A DNA stretch of 64,000 bases. Origin: Candidatus Poribacteria bacterium (lineage in GTDB: Bacteria > Poribacteria > WGA-4E > WGA-3G). Below the pieces are notes generated by a model. The model saw nothing but the letters and a program-made list of their open reading frames with translations. It was not told where the DNA came from and did no database searches. A program made the translations under genes and the position numbers. Positions within the stretch are counted from its first letter, which is position 1. Each line of letters starts with the position of its first letter. The stretch lies in NCBI GenBank assembly GCA_965215265.1, contig OZ244048.1:3136001-3200000 (forward strand), written 5' to 3'. Below are positions 58,979-64,000 of this stretch, in pieces.

Positions 58979-60451
58979 TTAGTTTTCCGGTCGCATCTGT
59001 GGAAACAAGATAACATCCCGGATGGAGTATTGATTCGTCAACAACATAGTAAGTCTATCAATTCCGATACCGAGTCCGCCAGTGGGTGGCATTCCATATT
59101 CCATAGCGCGCAGATAATCTTCGTCCACCATGAATGCCTCTTCGTCGTTATCTTCTAGCTTTTCTGCCTGTTCCATAAAACGTTGCCGCTGGTCGATCGG
59201 GTCGTTGAGCTCGCTAAATGCGTTTCCAACTTCCATCCCGCTGATGAAAAATTCGAAACGTTCGACAAACGTCGGATCTTCGGTTTTCTTTTTCGCAAAT
59301 GGCGATACCTCAATAGGGTAGTCCGTGATAAACGTCGGCTGTATTAATTTGGGTTCGACAAACGCATCAAAGAGTTCTGCTATAATTTCACCTTTTGATT
59401 CATCGCCTGCGAGAGTTATCCCGGCGTTGATTGCCTCTTTATAAAGTTCGTCGCCGGAGCGGGAAGCTGCATTGATGCCACTGTGTTCTCGAATTGCGTC
59501 TACCATAGTCAAGCGCTGCCATGGGGGTTTAAAATCAATTTCAGTGTCCTGATAGGTAATCTTTGTTGTTCCGTGAAGGTTTTTCGCTGTTTGTGCAATA
59601 AGTATTTCTGTCAATTCCATGATCTCGACGTAGTCGGCGTAGGCCTGATAGAGTTCAAGCATCGTAAATTCAGGATTGTGATCGCGGTCCATTCCTTCGT
59701 TGCGAAAATCGCGCGAAAATTCATAGACGCGTTCAAAGCCGCCAACTATCAATCGCTTTAGGTATAACTCATTGGCGATGCGGAGGTAGAGGGGCTGCGA
59801 CAAGGTATTGTGATAGGTTGTGAAGGGGCGGGCGTTGGCTCCGCCGTATATCGGTTGAAGGACAGGTGTTTCCACTTCAATGAATTTCCGTTCGTTAAGC
59901 ATGTCGCGAATTGCTTGGACAATCTGTGTCCGTTTGATAAAAACATTCTTCACTTCTGGATTCATGATGAGGTCAGCGTATCGTTGGCGGTAGCGTGTCT
60001 GTTTATCTTGTAAACCGTGCCATTTTTCAGGTAGGGGCCGGATGGATTTAGAGAGCAGCTGCATCACGTTAACAAGGATGGTCAATTCGCCTGTACGCGT
60101 CCTGAATACCACGCCTTCTACGCCGATAATGTCTCCGATATCAAAGCGGCGATAAATCCTATAAGGTTCCGCCCCAACCTTGTCTCGGCGTACATAAACC
60201 TGAATTCTGCCTTCACCATCTTGTAAATGTGCGAAGCTGCTTTTACCGTGGTCGCGCTTCGTCATGATGCGTCCTGCGATGCAGACTCGCTGGGTTTCGT
60301 CTGGTGTTTCTTCAATCTCTCTGAATTCTGTGTGAATTGCAGATGTGGTGTGTGTTGGTGCGTACTTATGTGGGTAAGGCTCTACTCCGAATTCTCGAAT
60401 TTCATTTAATTTCTCGCGACGTTGCCGCATGAAATCCTTTGTCTCTTCCAT
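58979..60451 (-). CDS. lysS: Lysine--tRNA ligase (class II)
   Basis: YGGANARPF, FRNEG..HNPEFTMLE and GMPPTGGLGIGIDRL. Confidence 0.98.
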   Translation of the reverse strand: MEETKDFMRQRREKLNEIREFGVEPYPHKYAPTHTTSAIHTEFREIEETPDETQRVCIAGRIMTKRDHGKSSFAHLQDGEGRIQVYVRRDKVGAEPYRIYRRFDIGDIIGVEGVVFRTRTGELTILVNVMQLLSKSIRPLPEKWHGLQDKQTRYRQRYADLIMNPEVKNVFIKRTQIVQAIRDMLNERKFIEVETPVLQPIYGGANARPFTTYHNTLSQPLYLRIANELYLKRLIVGGFERVYEFSRDFRNEGMDRDHNPEFTMLELYQAYADYVEIMELTEILIAQTAKNLHGTTKITYQDTEIDFKPPWQRLTMVDAIREHSGINAASRSGDELYKEAINAGITLAGDESKGEIIAELFDAFVEPKLIQPTFITDYPIEVSPFAKKKTEDPTFVERFEFFISGMEVGNAFSELNDPIDQRQRFMEQAEKLEDNDEEAFMVDEDYLRAMEYGMPPTGGLGIGIDRLTMLLTNQYSIRDVILFPQMRPEN

Positions 60452-60709
60452 CAGTCTACCTTCCTTCGGTTTTTATCGCTTTTCTGTTGCTACATTGTTG
60501 CTTTTCGGCTGCAATAAAGTTTTTGTGAAGTACGTGTGAGTGGTTCCTACTATAATTCCAATTATACCTTAATTTTGCTCATGATGCAACAAAAAAAATC
60601 CTGATTAGGTTATACGGTACCAGAGGATGCTGTTTTTTTTAGACTGTTTCTACTCGTGGGGAATAATTCTAGAAGTGTCATCTGATACCGTGTTCGCCGT
60701 GTTCGAGGA

Positions 60710-61814
60710 CTATTGCTGCTGCACCTTCATTTTTAGGTAGCTCTCAATAAAGGTATCCAAGGCCCCATTCAGGACGGCATCAACGTTGCCAGTCTCAACA
60801 TTGGTGCGCAAATCCTTGACACGTTGGTATGGGTGCAGGACATAAGACCTGATTTGGCTTCCGAAGTTAATCTCTGGGCGTTCACTTCGCTGTTTTGCGA
60901 ATTCAGCTTCTTGCTCTGCGCGATATAGTTCATAGAGGCGTGAACGTAAAAGTTTCATGGCAATCTCACGATTCCTGTGCTGTGAACGTTCATTCTGGCA
61001 CTGCACAATGAGCCCAGTGGGTTTGTGCGTAATCCGTACAGCGGAATCTGTCACGTTGACGTGTTGGCCTCCTGCGCCACTCGCGCGGTAGCAATCGATC
61101 CGAAGGTCTTCTGCTTGGATGTCAACCTCCACGGTATCATCAATTTCGGGTGTAACATTAATCGCAGCGAAAGAGGTATGCCGCCGGTTGTTAAAATCGT
61201 ATGGGGATAGGCGAACGAGCCTGTGAACGCCTATCTCAGCTTGCAAGTATCCGTAAGCCAAGCGCCCTTTAACCAGAATCGTCGCGCCTTTAATTCCTGC
61301 TTCATCGGCACCAGTCAAATCCACAATTTCAGTTTCGTATGCGCGCTGAGCGCACCATCGTAGGTACATCCGCATCAACATTTCAGCCCAATCTTGTGCA
61401 TCAATTCCGCCTGCCCCGGAGTGAATGCTGAGAATAGCGTTGTTTTCATCAAATTCGCCTGTCAGCATCAGTTGCAGTTCAATCTGTTCTAGACGTTGCT
61501 CCACAGCATCTACGCCACCTGCAATTTCAGTGTGTAGGCTGGTGTCTTCTTCCTCAATTGCCAACTCAACCAAGATCTCGAGTTCTTCAATGTCGTCGCT
61601 CAATTTTTTATACTGAGTAATTTCATTGCGAATGGTAGCAATGCGCTGATTCACTTGTTGTACCCGTTGTGAGTTGCCCCAAAACTCTGGTGCCAGCGTC
61701 TCTTTCTCTAATCGGGTTAGTTCGTTCTGTTTTTCAGACAAGTCAAAGATACCCGCCGAGCTCAAGCAGGCGGGTGTGTATCGCTTCGACTTGCGTTTTT
61801 AATTCTACAAGCAT
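60710..61814 (-). CDS. prfB: Peptide chain release factor 2 with a programmed +1 frameshift
   Basis: ATG 61814 gives MLVELK...GGYL, then CTT TGA C (61742-61748) with upstream GGCGGG. The +1 frame carries SPY and GGQ. Confidence 0.96.
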
Positions 61815-61871
61815 ATATCTCCTTATCTTTTTATGACGATGCAAATTTCATCGATAGTTTTGAGTGTAACT

Positions 61872-63512
61872 TCAGGCTTTACGAGAATCTCTATATTTCA
61901 ACACAAAAAGCGCCGCGGATCCTCCGAGGCAGATAAGCACGCAGAGAATCGGGAACCAATCGCCGTAACGTGTATACAACGTTTGTTCCGATTCTGATAA
62001 GACCGGGGCACGGGAGACAAGGAACTCTTGCTCGGTGCTCGGTGTAACCAAAGGCGTGATAATCCGTCCGAATTTATCGACTATGCACGAAATCCCGCCA
62101 TTCGCACAACGGAACACAGTGATTCTGTTCTCAACTGCGCGAAAAGGTGCCATCGCGAGATGGAGCTCCGGAAAAGCGGTGCCATCAAACCACGCATCGT
62201 TCGTGAGAATTCCCATGACGTGCGCGCCTTTTTTGACGAACTGCCGGAAATGAGCTGGAAAGGATGATTCAAAGCAGATGGAGACACCTATCTCTAGCGG
62301 CTCATCTCTTGAGGCGATCTTGCTATCCCTTTTAACGTTTGAGAGCCGTAAAAGGTTTACCGTTTTTCCATGTTCAAACGGTTTGAAAAGAATGAAATTC
62401 GGAAGTTGAATAAAATCGGGGAGAAAATCGACTAGCGGTATATATTCGCCAAACGGCACGAGGTGCATTTTCGCATATCTATTAATGACGTTGCCCTCTG
62501 ACGACAGCAAAAAGACGCTGTTGTAAAGCGGCACCGACTGCTTCTCGTCCGGATTATCCACATCTTCATAAGTTGCTCCGATGAGGAGAGGGAGGCCGGC
62601 ATCGCGCAGCATCTGCTTAAGTCTATTGCTGTAAGTTGGCCATTTCCCTGATAGCACCTCGCCTCTTACTGCGGTCTCAGGCCACACAACCACATCTGGA
62701 GCGTCTCTCGTCGCCTGCTGCGTCAACGTAATATATCGCCTGAGGATGGATGGGAATTCATTAATGTTCCATTTTCTGAGTTGCGAAATGTTGCCGGGGA
62801 CGAGTGCAATTTTCAAATCTTTTTCTGCTACATTGTTTACATTGTCAACCGATCGGAGGTGGAAAAATCCGTAAGCGAAGCAAATCAGCGTTAGAATTAA
62901 GGGAAGAACCATTGCTCGGAGCTGCTTCCTCCATTGATGGCGTTCCCGAATCAACATGGCGATACCGGCGTTAAAAAGCACCACAACGAAACTGATACCG
63001 TAAACCCCTATTATTGATGCTACCTGTATCCCCGGTAGATTGTTCCACTGTGAATAGCCGACACTCCCCCATGCAAACCCGGTTAACAGCCAACTCCGAA
63101 CCCACTCTAAAGCTGCCCAGATACAGGCCACTGACAACGGGAACCAGACTCCAGAACGCCACGGTAGCAGAGATACTAATGCCGAAAAAGCTGCAAAATA
63201 GAGGGCGGTATATCCAACCAGAAGCAGATAGCCCAGCAATGTTGCGTAGATGCTCGCGTAGGGGTAAAGAAGAAGGATGGCGAAAAGGAGCCCACCAAAA
63301 AACAGGAAACCTGTTAAATAGCCGATGCCAAAAGCGGATTTCCAATTCTTAGCGTGCTTAAGGGCGACGAGTAACGGAACTATCGAAATCCAAGCCAGCG
63401 GAAAAAGGTTTAAATTCGGGAAGCTGCAAAACAGCAGTATCGCTGAGAACGTTGCAAGCAGCCAAGGGTAATAGCGATTCACAAAATTTCTCGTAGTAGC
63501 ACCCTCCGACAC
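61872..63512 (-). CDS. lnt: Apolipoprotein N-acyltransferase
   Basis: VWPETA, KMHLVPFGEYIP, ICFES, TNDAWF and RAVENR. Confidence 0.95.
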   Translation of the reverse strand: MSEGATTRNFVNRYYPWLLATFSAILLFCSFPNLNLFPLAWISIVPLLVALKHAKNWKSAFGIGYLTGFLFFGGLLFAILLLYPYASIYATLLGYLLLVGYTALYFAAFSALVSLLPWRSGVWFPLSVACIWAALEWVRSWLLTGFAWGSVGYSQWNNLPGIQVASIIGVYGISFVVVLFNAGIAMLIRERHQWRKQLRAMVLPLILTLICFAYGFFHLRSVDNVNNVAEKDLKIALVPGNISQLRKWNINEFPSILRRYITLTQQATRDAPDVVVWPETAVRGEVLSGKWPTYSNRLKQMLRDAGLPLLIGATYEDVDNPDEKQSVPLYNSVFLLSSEGNVINRYAKMHLVPFGEYIPLVDFLPDFIQLPNFILFKPFEHGKTVNLLRLSNVKRDSKIASRDEPLEIGVSICFESSFPAHFRQFVKKGAHVMGILTNDAWFDGTAFPELHLAMAPFRAVENRITVFRCANGGISCIVDKFGRIITPLVTPSTEQEFLVSRAPVLSESEQTLYTRYGDWFPILCVLICLGGSAALFVLKYRDSRKA

Positions 63513-63908
63513 GTCATGAAATTGGAGATATTTTACAATAAATTTGGCGAAATGTCAAATTATTTTCTTAGAGATGCGGATAGATGTTTTGACTATGATT
63601 GGGAGTATCTCAACAAGTTGATTTGATAGTTCTTACAAGCGAATCTTGGGTGCATGTAGGCGTTTTTGATAAATTCAGCAATCCCCTTGTGTCTGCACAG
63701 GAAGTCGGAAGGTGGTAGAGCATCCGTTCTCAAGAGCCCGAATACATCATCCTGAGATATAGTTCATCGAGAACTCCTTTCAGATATCGGTTCAGTTCAC
63801 AATTCACAATTGTTATGCGTACTGTCTCTAGAATAGTAAGCTTGGTTCTCTGTGCAGACTTTATATGGAAACGTCTGCTCTTACCACTTCGACACGGTGG
63901 GTTAACTG

Positions 63909-63940
63909 GCGATTGCTGCCCGGCGCTGGGCAGCAATCGC
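63909..63940 (-). terminator. 13-bp stem-loop following a CDS that ends at 63956
   Basis: gcgattgctgccc-N6-gggcagcaatcgc; the minus frame ...KVGQHYRLTIRKGE* runs in from the window edge. Confidence 0.55.
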
Positions 63941-64000
63941 TGTTTGCATTAAAGGTTATTCGCCTTTGCGGATGGTAAGCCGGTAGTGCTGACCGACTTT

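Noticed and set aside
61742-61748. In-frame stop in prfB as a lesion or novelty
   Set aside because: It is the well-known autoregulatory CTT-TGA-C +1 frameshift.
1-64000. tRNA, rRNA, integrase or prophage genes
   Set aside because: I recognised none by eye; a tRNAscan/Rfam run would be needed to exclude small RNAs.

Overview
Bacterial chromosomal window. It is probably from Candidatus Poribacteria or a relative; this is an inference from C-terminal 'TTWGxxK' tails, a dockerin-like repeat and two PhyH dioxygenases. From left to right it contains: (1) a tetrapyrrole operon (sirC-like, ccsA, hemA, hemC, cobA-hemD); (2) a ~12.4 kb accessory island (6658-19117) bounded by a 24-bp direct repeat and a nested ~433-bp direct repeat; (3) three restriction systems (Type ISP, McrA-like HNH, and a fused REase-MTase with an S subunit carrying a C9 tract); (4) assorted metabolic genes; (5) grpE-dnaJ-prmA; (6) an archaeal-type ether-lipid gene set (GGGP synthase, DGGGP synthase, ferredoxin, geranylgeranyl reductase); (7) a Gram-negative envelope and housekeeping block (lpxD, skp, bamA, ilvE, lolD, lolC/E, lysS, prfB with its programmed frameshift, lnt). 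Two candidates stand out. The island looks like an undescribed glycopeptide (RiPP-like) pathway: an ECF sigma factor, two GT4 glycosyltransferases with RRE-like N-terminal domains, a 5-Cys precursor with an Flp-prepilin-type leader, an A24 prepilin peptidase, a tetraheme cytochrome-thioredoxin fusion and a sugar nucleotidyltransferase. The geranylgeranyl reductase has an in-frame TGA at its conserved Cys followed by a SECIS-like hairpin, so it is a candidate selenoenzyme. All family assignments come from motif recognition by eye; no searches were run.
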